A DNA stretch of 64,000 bases, taken from assembly GCF_963921235.1 (NCBI RefSeq), contig NC_086115.1, positions 39,308,001 to 39,372,000 on the forward strand, written 5' to 3'. This stretch comes from Mobula hypostoma (lineage: Eukaryota). Each line of letters begins with the position of its first letter. Position 1 is the first letter of the stretch. The position numbers and the translations under genes are program-made. Shown here piece by piece: positions 11,863-23,164 of the stretch. Under the pieces are notes generated by a model. The model searched no databases. It was not told the DNA's origin and saw only the letters and a program-made list of their open reading frames with translations.

Positions 11863-12515
11863 ATTTGCATGTGGCTGTTATGCTTCCCCTTCATGGTAGA
11901 AGATATTTTGGCTTTGGAAAGTATTATCAAAATAGTCTGTTTTGAGTAATTGCAGTCATTTAGTTGATGGTTCACATTGCAGTCATATTATGCTTGTGAT
12001 GAAAGATGTGAATCTTTAGTCTTGTAACTAGAAATAAGCATCAAAGTGATTTTAGTTAAGAACCTATGGGAAAACAATCATATAAAAACAACTCAAGCAA
12101 AACAGCAAATTACATTGTTCTGCCCAATTAAATTGAGTGGTACTATACTTAAGCAGCAATATGAATGCAAAGTCATTATCTTTCGTCAGGAAAGGATGAG
12201 CTCTGTGCTGTGTGTGCATTGGTTTCTGAGCATCAGTGACATTTCCAATTAAAGAAAATATTTGATAGGCTAGTCAGTTCTTATCAGTCATTAGAAAGTG
12301 AAACTCAGAGCAGCAAATCTGCATTTTGGTCTGAGGCAGATAACTGTGCTTTAAAATCTGAGGCAGTAATTAGTGGTGAGAGCTTTTGAGCAAAGAATTG
12401 AAATTCAGATATTGAAGCAGATGGAAGCTTCAGACATGGCAAGACAGAACTGAGGAAATAATTGGGAATTAAAGCTTTGAAAATAGGCAGAGGAAGCCCA
12501 ATGGGAATAGGAAGT
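11863..12515. promoter_or_regulatory. Candidate lymphoid enhancer (motif cluster only)
   Basis: ATTTGCAT 11863-11870, GAAAGTGAAACT 12294-12305 (ISRE), TGGGAAT 12463-12469 and 12502-12508, GAGGAAG 12490-12496, AGGAAGT 12509-12515, in apparently non-repeat DNA. Confidence 0.3.
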
Positions 12516-13479
12516 CAAAAGAAAATGAATCTCACGATAGTATATGGGTACATATATGTACTTTGATAACAAATTTACCTTTGAACTTTGATGTAAGGTT
12601 GTGAATACAATTTAAAACAGTAGTTCCATTCTTTTGAGTGGAATTGAAGTGCTTACTATGAAACTTTTACTTGAAAACATGAATAACAACCCCATGGTTT
12701 GGAGATGTTTTTCACAGTCTTGAAAGGCATGGTTCAATTTAAAATTTGTATGATTTGAAAGTTGTTGAATTTTGTTGTGTCGGTCCATGACAGAAAATTG
12801 GATCCATTTTCAACCACTGGAGATGCATTCTATGGGAAGATCTTTCCTCAGTAGTAATGCCACTCGGACATTGAGTATTTAGCCAAGAAAATACAGGCAG
12901 AGGAAAAGCAGACTTGTTTCAGTCAATTAGAAATGGATGTTGCATTGTTTGATAAATTTTCAATTGAAAACATTGTTTTGTCAGTTTTCAAAACAAATCC
13001 CTCAAGTGGCTTCCCTGCACGTATAGGCACTCTGCCATCATTGTTCTTGGTAAGCTAAATCAGTTCTCTGTATGCATTTTGCATTTATTTACTTTTTTCA
13101 CATAAGCTGTGTAATAGTGAAGTTTTGTTCCATATCTCAAATTTTTGTCACTGGTTTGTAATTTTCGGAAGACAGGTTTCTGTTACCTGAAATGCTATAA
13201 TGTGGGGTGGGAGGGCACTGTATCACTCAAAAGCATCCATTTTTCCTTGAAATTCCGCTCATCAGAACATTAGAGAGGCTGTGAATCATGATAATGGAAG
13301 TGTCATTTTTTCAACATGAAATGGACATGATGATAGCATCAATGTGCAATTCCTTCAGTTCCTTAATAATGACAGTAATTCTTTCAATAATGTGCCATGC
13401 ACATCACATACATATCACTTACTGCTCAACAAGGGGCAAATCATCCACCAATGTTGGCTGTGATAAATGCGATTGTCAG

Positions 13480-13910
13480 AATCAGAATCAGGTTTAATAT
13501 CACCAACATATGTTGTGCAATTTGTTAACCTAGCAGCAGCAGCAGTACAATGCCATACATGATAACTATAGGGAAAAATAAATGAATTACAGTTAGTATA
13601 TATTTGTATATTAAATAGTCAAATCTAAAAATAGAAATAATAAAAAAGTGTGGTAGTGTTCATGGGTTCAATGTCCATTTAGAAATCAGGTGGCAGAGGG
13701 GAAGAAGCTGTTCCTAAATCGCTGTGTGTGTGCCTTCAGGCTCTTGTACTTCCTCCCTGACGGCATCAATGAGAAGAAGGCATGTCCTGGGTGATGAGGG
13801 TCCTTAATAATGGACGTTGCCTTTCTGAGGAACCACTCCTTGAAGATGTCTTGGATACTATGGAGGCTAGTACCCATAATGGAGCTGACTGATTTTACAA
13901 CTTTCTGTAG
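13480..13910 (-). mobile_element. Rex/Babar-like LINE 3' fragment
   Basis: ORF 13686-13964 LQKVVKSVSSIMGTSLHSIQDIF...IIKDPHHPGHAFFSLMPSGRKYKSL. 'aatcagaatcaggtttaat' reverse tail at ~13480. Confidence 0.8.
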
Positions 13911-14369
13911 TAATGAGGCCATTTCTGAATCTAATAAGATTTTATGACAATCCAGTAGTTCCATGGTTACAGTGACTGCGGTAAATGCTTCTATTGCTAT
14001 CCCGACAAATACATGGTTGTTAAAAATATTTCATAATTTGGGCATCTTCGCTTTAAGAAAACATTTTTGTGGTTCTCTCCCATTGAAAAGCACTGGAAGC
14101 TGACACAGAAGTCACTTTCTCTTTTTGGAGCATTATCATGTAAGAGGCAACTCTGTGCTGTTAAAGGCCCAGTGGCAGCTACCGCAGGCAACCTTGGAGA
14201 TGAGGGAAAGGAGAGGGGAAAGCAGAAAATCGAGAATGAGTGGGGAACTGAAGTCAGGGGAAGGATTTGATCGCACAGTATTGGCCTGTGGCGCTCCACG
14301 TGATATGGTGTGGCACTATTAGTTACCATATAATGATTAGGCCCCGTACTGTGACTGATCTGTTATTAC

Positions 14370-14830
14370 ACCAAAGTCTAAGTTGAGTTTATTTTTCATA
14401 TGCACAAGTGCAACAGAAAACTCAGATTCCGCAGCATTACAAGCACATAAAACATTAACAAGAAAACCATAAATTAATTATATATATATGCGCCATATTG
14501 TACAAGAAAGAGCACATTAGAACAAAATAACTCATCCATTTTAGTACAAAAACTGATCAGAGTGGTCATGGTGCGAAACAGTAGTGATTAATGTCATGTC
14601 AGTTGGTTCCAGAACTGAATGGTTAAAGGGAAGTAACTGTTCCTGTATATATGGGTCTTCAAGCTTCTGTACTTCCTTTGCTGATGGTAGAAGGTGTGAG
14701 AAGCCGGCATGGTCCAGATCTTTGATGATGGTTGTTGCCTTCTTGGGACAATGGCTCCTGTAGATATTACCGGTGGTGGGGAAAGATGTGCCCTTGATGT
14801 GTCAGGACTACTGTCCAGACATAGGACAAA
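14370..14830 (-). mobile_element. Rex/Babar-like LINE 3' fragment, decayed
   Basis: RKYRSLKTHIYRNSYFPLTIQFWN in ORF 14594-14887. Confidence 0.7.
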
Positions 14831-15816
14831 TCTGCCTGTCTTGGGGGGGGGGGGGTCAATGTAAATTGGTGTAGCGTATTCACTCACCCCTTTAATTCAT
14901 GTTTGATTCCTGACTTTCAACACAATATCCTCCTTGTTCTACAATGTATGAACAACAAAGTTTGTGGGCAGCTCATTTTCAATTCCATTTCTATTAATAA
15001 TTCATAAACATGCAGAGCGATGAACAACATCATATTTGTGAAAAGCAAAGAGATAGGACACCAGGGATAGGGTGAATTACAACAGGAAGTCCAATTTTCT
15101 GGTCGGTGGAACTTCTGCCAGGAATAGATATAACTACTTGAAAACACGAACAAAACATTTTTGTTTTGTGAGTGATTTACCTACAAAAGGACAGGTGCAA
15201 ACGTTTATTTTTATGGAACCTATTTTCTAGTAACATTACTCGAATTAAAGTGTACCTACTGGGATATTAATATTTTGCCCTCTCGTTGAGACTGTGCGGA
15301 TGAATACTGTTCTGAGCAGCAGATCAGTTTTAGTGTGTCTGTGAGCTTGCAACAGCTTCTTATTACAGAAATCCTTCCTTGTATTGTAATCCTGTCCCTG
15401 ACAGGGACTTTGAGGATGCATGCATGGGTACAATCATGGGGGATTGGAGTGGGGGAAGGGGGATGTATACACATGCATTGCAGCTCCACTGCCTGACTAC
15501 CGCACCCATTCCCTCAGCACCTCCATTGTGTTTTCCTTTATCTTTATGACAGTTTATTGCTATTGTACTGCGGTTGCTATGGAAATATGCACTTTAATGT
15601 ACTGACGTGTCATGGAGTCACAGAAATGCACAATCAGGAACAGGCCCTTCAGCCCATCATATCCCTGTCACCCATCATAATTATCTATACTAATTCAGTC
15701 TATTTGCATTCAGTCCATAGCTTAAGCATCAGTGTTTCAGTGTTCCAATCTATGTATGGTCTGTACTGGTTAAGAATGGCAAATGTTCCTCCCAGAAGAC
15801 CATTAGTTAACAGAGG

Positions 15817-16060
15817 ACACACACAAAATGCTGGAGGAACTCAGCAGGTCAGACAGCATCTATAAAATTGAATAAACTGTAGATGTTTCAGACTGAGACC
15901 TTTTACCAGGACAGGAAAGGAAGGTTGAAGAAGCCCCTTTGAAGGGAAAAAGAAGGATGAAACACCAACTGTTTACTCATTTCCATAGATGCTACCTGAC
16001 CTGCTGAGTTCCTCCAGCATTTTGTGTGTGTTGCTCTGGATTTCCAGCATCTACAGAATA
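15817..16060. mobile_element. Penelope-like terminal-repeat remnant in inverted (head-to-head) arrangement
   Basis: ~46-bp arms 'acacacacaaaatgctggaggaactcagcaggtc..agcatctat' (15817-15863) and its near reverse complement (15986-16031). Same repeat flanks the GIY-YIG fragments at 18850 and 59735. Confidence 0.75.
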
Positions 16061-16639
16061 TCTTATATGTATTAGGTTCAATAGATTCGATAGGTACATT
16101 TAATGTCAGAGAAATGTATACAAGAAAGGTCCTGAAATTCTTTTTCTTCACTAACAGCCACAAAAACACAGGAGTGCCCCAAAGAATGAATGGCAGTTAA
16201 ACATTAGAACCCCAAAGCACCCCCCAGTTTCCCCCTTCTGTGCACAAGCAGCAGCAAAGCAATGACCCCCCATTCATTAGCGAACAGATGGGTTTTTTAT
16301 ATGACAGTCCAGTGGTTTCATGGTTTCAGTGCCAGGGAATTTTGTTTAGATTTTCCAGATTGATTGAATTACTTGAATTTAAATTCCCTAGTTCATGTGG
16401 TGGGATTTGAACTTGTGTCTCTGGGTTCGTCATCTAGCCTTCGTAATTTAAACACTATGTCACAGTATCCTCATTGTGATAGCCTGTCATGCAAGAGAGA
16501 GGAAAGTGTTTGGGTGATGTGACTGTTACAGTTGAACACAGTGTATTCAAGTTATGTTAGCAGCTGCGTCTCAAGTGTGAGAGTGCAATGGAGTTTATGA
16601 ATCTTAATTATTGATAGATTGCTAGAGGCTGGTGAAGAA

Positions 16640-17200
16640 CTGAAAACTGAACAAGGTTGCTGGCTGTATTTCATTAGGTGTTTGAGGAGTTTTGCGATGA
16701 CACCAAAGACTCTAGCAAATTTCTACAGATGTACCATGGGGAGCATTCTGACTGGCTGCATCACAGTCTGGCGTGGAGAGGCCAATGTAGAGGGTTGGAA
16801 AAATTTGTGAACTCAGCCAGCTCCATTTTGGACGTTATTCTCACCAGCATCAAAGACATCGTCACAAGGGGGTGACTCAAAGAGGACCCCCACCACCCGA
16901 GATACAGGATTTGCCCTCTTCACATTACTAGCATCAGGAAGGAGGTACAGGAACCTGAAGATCCACACTCAACGTTTTAAGAGCAGCTTCTTCCCCTTCA
17001 CCATCAGATTTCTGAACAGTCCCTGATCCTATAAGCACTACCTCACTACTTTGCTTTCTTGTTGCATTACTTTTTAAAAAAATATTTCTTGTTGTAACTT
17101 ACAGTATATAATGTCTTGTGCTGCCGCAAGACAACAAATTTCACGACAAAATGCCAGCGATAATAAACTTGGTTCTGATTCTGGTGCAGATAGTAGGATA
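16640..17200 (+). mobile_element. Rex/Babar-like LINE 3' fragment
   Basis: YFIRCLRSFAMTPKTLANFYRCTMGSILTGCITVW, ending in 'aataaacttggttctgattctg'. Confidence 0.85.
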
Positions 17201-17244
17201 TAGTGTTTGATATGTTTTCACTGAATTTTATCCATATATAATCC

Positions 17245-17470
17245 ATACTGGGTAGCATAGTGGTTAGCATCATGCTATGACATCACCAGGGACCTGGGTT
17301 CAATTCACCCTGCTATCTGTAAGGAGTTTCTACATTCTCACCTTAACCATGTGGGTTTCCTGCAGGTGCTCTAGTTTCTTTTCACATTCCAAAAAGACAC
17401 ATGGGTTAGTAGGTTAATTGGTCACATGGGTATAATTGGGCAGCACAGGCTTGCTCTGCCAGAAGTGCTC
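17245..17470 (+). mobile_element. V-SINE-like tRNA-derived SINE
   Basis: A-box-like GGTAGCATAGTGG, B-box GGTTCAATTC, V-domain-like 'aaggagtttctacattctc...gtgggtttcc'. Confidence 0.7.
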
Positions 17471-18119
17471 TAGGTAGTTGCCTCCTAAATAGTCTCCTGT
17501 TACTGCCTGAGCAGGGTGCTGCTAACCACTTTGTCAAGCCCAACCCTGTGGATAGAATGCAACTTACCTCTTTCCACCCCCGTGGGTCTCCAGAGCATCA
17601 CTGGAACATCACTGTCTCTCACGTTGTACCATCGCTGTTTGTCCAAGTTTCATTCATTGCCAGAATTATTTCCGCCAGACCTTTCTGTAACTATATGTCT
17701 ACTTGTTAAGAGATGTGTTACGCCTTTCAGCAGTATGTTAGCTTCAACTTGTGCCAGTCTCTCACAAAACTGAGACCCCTGTTGAGGTGCTAATAAGCTT
17801 AACAGTGTCATTAGCACCGGCTGGTGCCACGATGTGCCAATGTGTAGGCAGCATAACATCGGTATGTTTCTTGTATGAGTCAAATGGGCTTGGATAACCA
17901 CTTGTGATGGCAGCACATATTTTTCTTGTGCTACCAGAAGTTAACCCTCTGAGTATAGTCTGTGAAATTAGAAATAAACCTCCCCTCTCCACTCGCAGTC
18001 CTGATGCAGGGTTTTGACCCAAAATGTTGTACATTCCTTCCCTCCCACAAGTGCTGCTCAACTTGTTCAATTCCTCTAATGGTTTTTATTTTGCACTAGA
18101 TTCCAGCATTTGCAGTCAC

Positions 18120-18845
18120 TTGTTCAAAATTCAAAGAAAATGTATTTGTAAGGTACATACGAGCCACCAGATCCAACCCTGAAATTCATTTTCTTGTGGG
18201 CATACTCAACAAATCTATAGATTTATAACCATAACAGAATCAGTGAAAGACTGCATTCAAGCAAGGATTCAAAGTACATTTATTATCAAAGTATGTATAT
18301 AGTATGCAACCCTGAAATCTGTCTTCCCCACAGACAGTCACGAAACAAATCAGAACCCGTTCAAAGAAAAAATATCAAACATCAAACACCTCTCCCACTG
18401 TGCAAAGCAAATTGCATGAACGGTAACAAAAAAGTGTGAAAACACAGAAAAAAAACATCAAATCAAAAGGCAGAAGACAATAAACCATGGAAGGACAAAA
18501 AGAAATAATTATGATAAATAAATAAGCAATAAATATCAAGAACATGAGATGAGGAGTCCTCGAAAGTACGTCCATTGGTTGTGGGAACATTTCAATGATG
18601 GGGCAAGTGAAGTTGAGTGAAGACCCTTTGGTTGAAGAGCCTGACGGTTGAGTGGTAGTAACTGTTACTGGATTTGGCGGTGTGAGTCCAGAGGTCCTAT
18701 ACCTTCTTTCTGATTGCAGCAACGAGAAGAAAGCATGTCCTATACGGTGGGGGTCCCTGATGATGGATGCTGCTTTCCTGCGACAGCATTTCATGTAGAT
18801 TTGCTCAATGGTAGGGCGAGCTCTACCTGCAATGGACTGAGCCGT
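18120..18845 (-). mobile_element. Rex/Babar-like LINE 3' fragment
   Basis: ORF 18375-18851 MDTAQSIAGRARPTIEQIYMKCCRRKAASIIRDPHRIGHAFFSLLQSERRYR. Confidence 0.85.
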
Positions 18846-18849
18846 ATCC

Positions 18850-19570
18850 AAGCAACTCTCACAAAATGCTGGAGGAACTCAGCAGGTGAGGCAGCATCTA
18901 TGGAAAAGAGTAAACTGTCAACTTTTCAGGCCAAGACTCTTCATCAGGACAAGCGAAAAAAAAAATGAGAAGTCAGAATTAGAAGGTGGAGGGAGGGCGG
19001 GAAGAAATACAAGGTGACGGGTGAAACTGAAGAGAGGAGGAGGGGTGAAGTAGAGTGCTAGGAAGTTGATTGGTGAAAGAGATAAAGGGCTGGAGAAGGA
19101 GGAATCTGACAGGAGAGGACAGGAGGTCACGGAAGAGGGAGGAGCACCTGAGGGAGGTGATGGGAGGTAAGGAGATGAGAGAGGGAAATGGAAATGGTGA
19201 AGTGGGGGGCAATTACTGTAAGTTCAAGAAATCAATGTTCATGCCATCAGCTTGGAGGCTTCCCAGACAGAATACAAGGTGTTGATCCTCCAGCCTGAGT
19301 GTGGCCTCATTGCGGCTGTAGAGGAGGCCATGGACTGGCATGTTGGAATGGGAATGGGAAGTAGAATTAACATAGTGGCCACTAGGAGATCCTGCTTTAT
19401 CTGGCAGACGGAGTGTAGGTGCTCGGCGAAGTGGGCTCACGACCATTCAGGGCCCTAAGCAGTCCTTCCAGGTGAGGTGATTCTTCACCTGTGAGTCTGT
19501 TGGGGTCATCTACTGTATCCAATGTTTCTGGTGTGGCCTCCTGCATATCAGTGAGACCTGACATAGATCG
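18850..19570 (-). mobile_element. Penelope-like element 3' end (GIY-YIG fragment plus terminal repeat) with inverted 5' piece
   Basis: ORF 19213-19446 NSTSHSHSNMPVHGLLYSRNEATLRLEDQHLVFCLGSLQADGMNIDF. Segment 19450-19570 is on the + strand (FTCESVGVIYCIQC). Confidence 0.85.
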
Positions 19571-19574
19571 TTTG

Positions 19575-19780
19575 TGATTGGGCTTTATCCATTACTTTTT
19601 GTAAGATTTTCCATTCAGCGGCATTGGTGTGATGTAGCCAGTCACTATACTCTCCATTATACATCGATAGAAGTGTGCCAGTGTTTCAGACGTCATGCCA
19701 AATCTCTGCAAACTGCTAAGGAAGTAGAGATGCTGTGAAGCTTTCTTCGTAATTGCACTTACTTGTTTCTCCAAAGATAT
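19575..19780 (-). mobile_element. Rex/Babar-like LINE fragment
   Basis: ORF 19592-19774 KKASQHLYFLSSLQRFGMTSETLAHFYRCIMES. Confidence 0.8.
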
Positions 19781-20121
19781 GGTTGTTTTTACTTATCTAG
19801 TCAGGGGGTAAAATTAAAGCTTGTAACCTAGACTTTACGAATGGTAAGAGATGTCAAATATCTCAAATCTCATGTGCAACAATAATAATATTGTAGTTCT
19901 GCAGAAGCCACCTCATGGACCATTTATAATCATACAAAAATGTGAAAAAGAACATCAGTTTTATAGCTTGAATTCAACATTTCTCTTGTTTTAAAAAGGG
20001 CTTCATTGATGACTTGACTCTTCTCGGTATTAGGAGACAAACATATCACATTCTTCAGGGTTAATTTCTCTTCAAAAGATTGAGACAAGAATGTGAAGTT
20101 AAGAAAGTGAAAAATATATAT

Positions 20122-20466
20122 TGCGGCAAGCGATTGGTCCATAATGACAGATGAGGAATCTTGTTAAACTCGACCATAGTTTTATTGTGATAAATACAAA
20201 AATAGACTGGGCACCATGACCCGGAGACAGAACAACTCAGACTTGTACAGATGGGGGAGGTGACCATCACACATCCTAGTTACAGTTAAGGTGACCCACA
20301 AATACACAGGTGAATAACTGCATAACCCAAGCTAAAATGTAACAATACATGAACTTGAACTTCCCATCATAACCCCACAAAAAAACATTTTAACAGCATT
20401 AGTCATTAGAAATGCAGGGCCGGGCTGTTGACACCAGCCCTCCTTCCCCACCCCCAGAATGTCACA
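20122..20466 (-). repeat. 3' LTR of the Gypsy element
   Basis: TG...CA ends. Aligns to 22880-23164. Retains AATAAAA on the minus strand (plus 'ttttatt' ~20180). Confidence 0.9.
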
Positions 20467-22859
20467 CGGCCCCCAACCGAGGGGTCAGCTGTCTTTGGCA
20501 ACCCCAGAGTCTATAAATCCCGGTGGTGGTCAATGTCGCTGCCAGGGGCTTTGCGGGGGGGGGGGAGGGGGTTTCTGGAGACCCCCTCCCCCAGGGGAGG
20601 CACAGTTTGGTGAGGCAGGAGGCAGGACACTCGGACTGTCACTTCCTTCTTTCAGCCTCACTAGGTTGCTGGTGGCTAAGGGCTGACACAATGCCAGCCG
20701 GTCCTGGTGCAACATGACTGTCTTCCGCTGCTCAGTTATATACCACATCAGAGGTGCAGTTGGGCACATATCCCGGCCCCTTCCAGTGGCTTCCCAGCTT
20801 GTGGGATAGTCCCTTCTGCCAGGAGGGGCAGTGGACCTATACTAGGGCCCCCACCATGTACTGCTGCATTGGCGCCCTAAACTGGTGGCCCAGCCCCTTC
20901 CGGGCTGTGCACGCATCATGGCAGTACACTGACAGCTCCACATCCTGCCTCTACCCAGGCCAGTAGAAGCATTCATGCAGCTTTCCCAATGACTTTGCCA
21001 CCCCGAAATGGCCAGCCCCCACCAGCCTGTGCACTGACTGCAGCACCGTGGCACAGAGCCCCAGGGGGACCACCAGCTGCAAGAGATGTCTGTCACCATC
21101 GGTTAACTGGCACCGCTGGCACAGCAAGCCATCGTACCCCTCCAGCGTTCCCCACTGCGAGTATAGAGCTTCAGCCTCTGGATCCAGGGCGGAAACCTCT
21201 GTCCACTCCAGCCGTCGTCCCACACACTCGGCCATTCCCTTACCTGAGCCAGCACAGAATTGCTCACCTATTCACTACGCAGCTGCTCTTGGCTCCATGG
21301 TTGGGGAGGTCGTCGCCGGCCGTCACCTGAAGGGGCATCGCCATTGCTCGTGCCTGGTTCTGCCGTGCTGCGCTGGGCCACTGCGGGGTGTGCCGCACTG
21401 CCTCGGGTCGCTGTGAGAGCGGTGGTGGTTGTTGCTGCGCCCACCCGGTCCGCTTCCTGGAGCTGCCCTGCCGGAGAGCCACGATTTCCGCACCGAGGTA
21501 GAGTGTTGCTCCCGGAACGTCCACACTCAACGGGACAGCAAGTCCAGCCCAGTGACGTAAGTGAGCCACACCTTGTGCTCCACTGCGTTTTCCAGCCCAG
21601 GAGGGGATGGCTGGTCGTGGTGGGGTGTACACCTGGACAGATGATGGTGACGGTCAACCCCCGTGTCCACCAAGGCACGGCATTTGATGCCCTCCACCCG
21701 CACAGTCAACATATAAGCCTGTTTCTTGACCCAAATGGCCCACCTAGAGGGGCAACAATGGAGTGATTCTGCTGGAGGTCTCGGGTGGCACTGCCTGCTC
21801 GGTGTTTCCCAGTGGCCGTGTTGGGCTGTGACACGGTGCTGGTGTGGGCGGTCCTGGGCCAAATGACCAGCCTCTCTGCACAGGTAGAAGGGATCATTTC
21901 ATGGCCCACGGCGGAGTCAGCGCGGCGCTGGCAGGCTCCTTCTCGTCGGTTTCCTCCTCCGCCTCGGTGAGACAAGCCCTGGCTCGTGGCATGCAGTGCA
22001 ATGCTGGAACGCCTGGGGTGGGAGGTGGTGGAACTAAAAATTGATTCTGCTCCCTCCACCTCTGCCAGCACTTCGGCCAGTGATGATGGCAACGTCAGGC
22101 AAACATGCTGACAAAGGCGCTCCGGTATCAGCACCTTTACAAAGGCTTGGAGGGCAATCTGTTCTTGGGCCGCGGGAGGGAACTGGGAGATAGTCATGCC
22201 GAGCACAGTGGCGGAGATCTGATGCGAGCGCCCCTGAACTTTCTCCCACACGGCGCCGTCTGCCGCACAGTTCTTCCCTCATTGCTTCTGTCAAAGGCCT
22301 GTGGTGGAAAAGCTGCTCCAGCGCCCTGTAGTCATTCTGCTCTGCTGGCGTTAGGTCGAGGAGGACCCGCAGGGCATCCCCCTCCAGCTACAGGACAAGG
22401 TGCACCGCTGTCCTGGTGGGGTTCCACCCGTTGTGCCATGCCGCAAATTTAGTACGGCAGGTAAGGCTCCAGGTGGCTGGTACTGTTATACCTGGGGCGG
22501 ACCTTGTGGCGCTAATCGTCGAGGCCCATTGGTCTTCCTGTTGCTCTGGCGGCATCTCCCATGGTGCCCATCCTCCCATGGATCTCCAGTGTCTTGGGTT
22601 CCCCGGTGTGGGTCGTGACAGAGGCAGGTGATGCGCTGCACCGTGTCCTCCGGGTTGGGGAGCCTGGGTACGCTCTCTCCGTTGGGGCTCCCTGGGAAGG
22701 CACAATGCTCAGTTCCCATGTCCTCCCTCTGGGTCCTGACTTCATAAGTGCGGCCTGGTGATGCAGGGGAGGCACAATGCTCGGTCCCCTGGCTTACTCC
22801 CCAGGTCTTAAGGTGCCCTATCCGATATCATAGCTCTTAAGTCTCGCTGTCAATTTTGG

Positions 22860-22878
22860 ATCCCACTCCTTGACACCA
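22860..22878 (-). other. Primer-binding site complementary to the tRNA-Leu 3' end
   Basis: Plus strand ATCCCACTCCTTGACACCA matches the vertebrate tRNA-Leu(CAG) 3' end ATCCCACTCCTGACA-CCA with one extra T, and lies 1 nt from the LTR edge. Confidence 0.8.
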
Positions 22879-22879
22879 A

Positions 22880-23164
22880 CGTGGCAAGCATTTGGCCCAT
22901 AATAACAGAAAAGAAGCTCGTTAAACTCAACCACTGTCTCATACAGTTAGGGGAGATGACCATAACACAGCCCAGTTACAGTTAGGATGACCCACAAATA
23001 CACAAGCGAATAACAAGCTAAAAAGTAGCAATAAATGAACTTGAACTTCCCACCATAATCCCACAAAAACATTTTAACACAAGAACAATAAACAGTACTA
23101 GTCATTAGAAATACAAGGGCAGGCTGTCAACTATGCCCCTGCCCCACCCCTCCACAGCGTCACA
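22880..23164 (-). repeat. 5' LTR of the Gypsy element
   Basis: Homologous to 20122-20466, adjacent to the PBS, ends in CACA followed by TSD ATAT. Inner TG is mutated to CG. Confidence 0.9.

Larger units (their letters stand above)
20122..23164 (-). mobile_element. Gypsy/Ty3 LTR retrotransposon, complete ends, internally deleted (gag, protease, integrase N-terminus; no RT/RNase H)
   Basis: Two LTRs (20122-20466, 22880-23164) and a 4-bp TSD ATAT (20118-20121, 23165-23168). tRNA-Leu PBS. gag EQIALQAFVKVLIPERLCQHV, protease CRALVDTG, integrase H2C2 start GHFGVAKSLGKLHECFYWPG. Confidence 0.92.

Noticed and set aside
13997-14329. Minus-strand 110-aa ORF as a possible BLNK first exon
   Set aside because: No resemblance to the BLNK N-terminus and no convincing donor site.
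20428-22775. Dense overlapping ORFs on both strands
   Set aside because: GC-rich decayed Gypsy interior with few stop codons; only the minus-strand gag/PR/IN pieces are meaningful.
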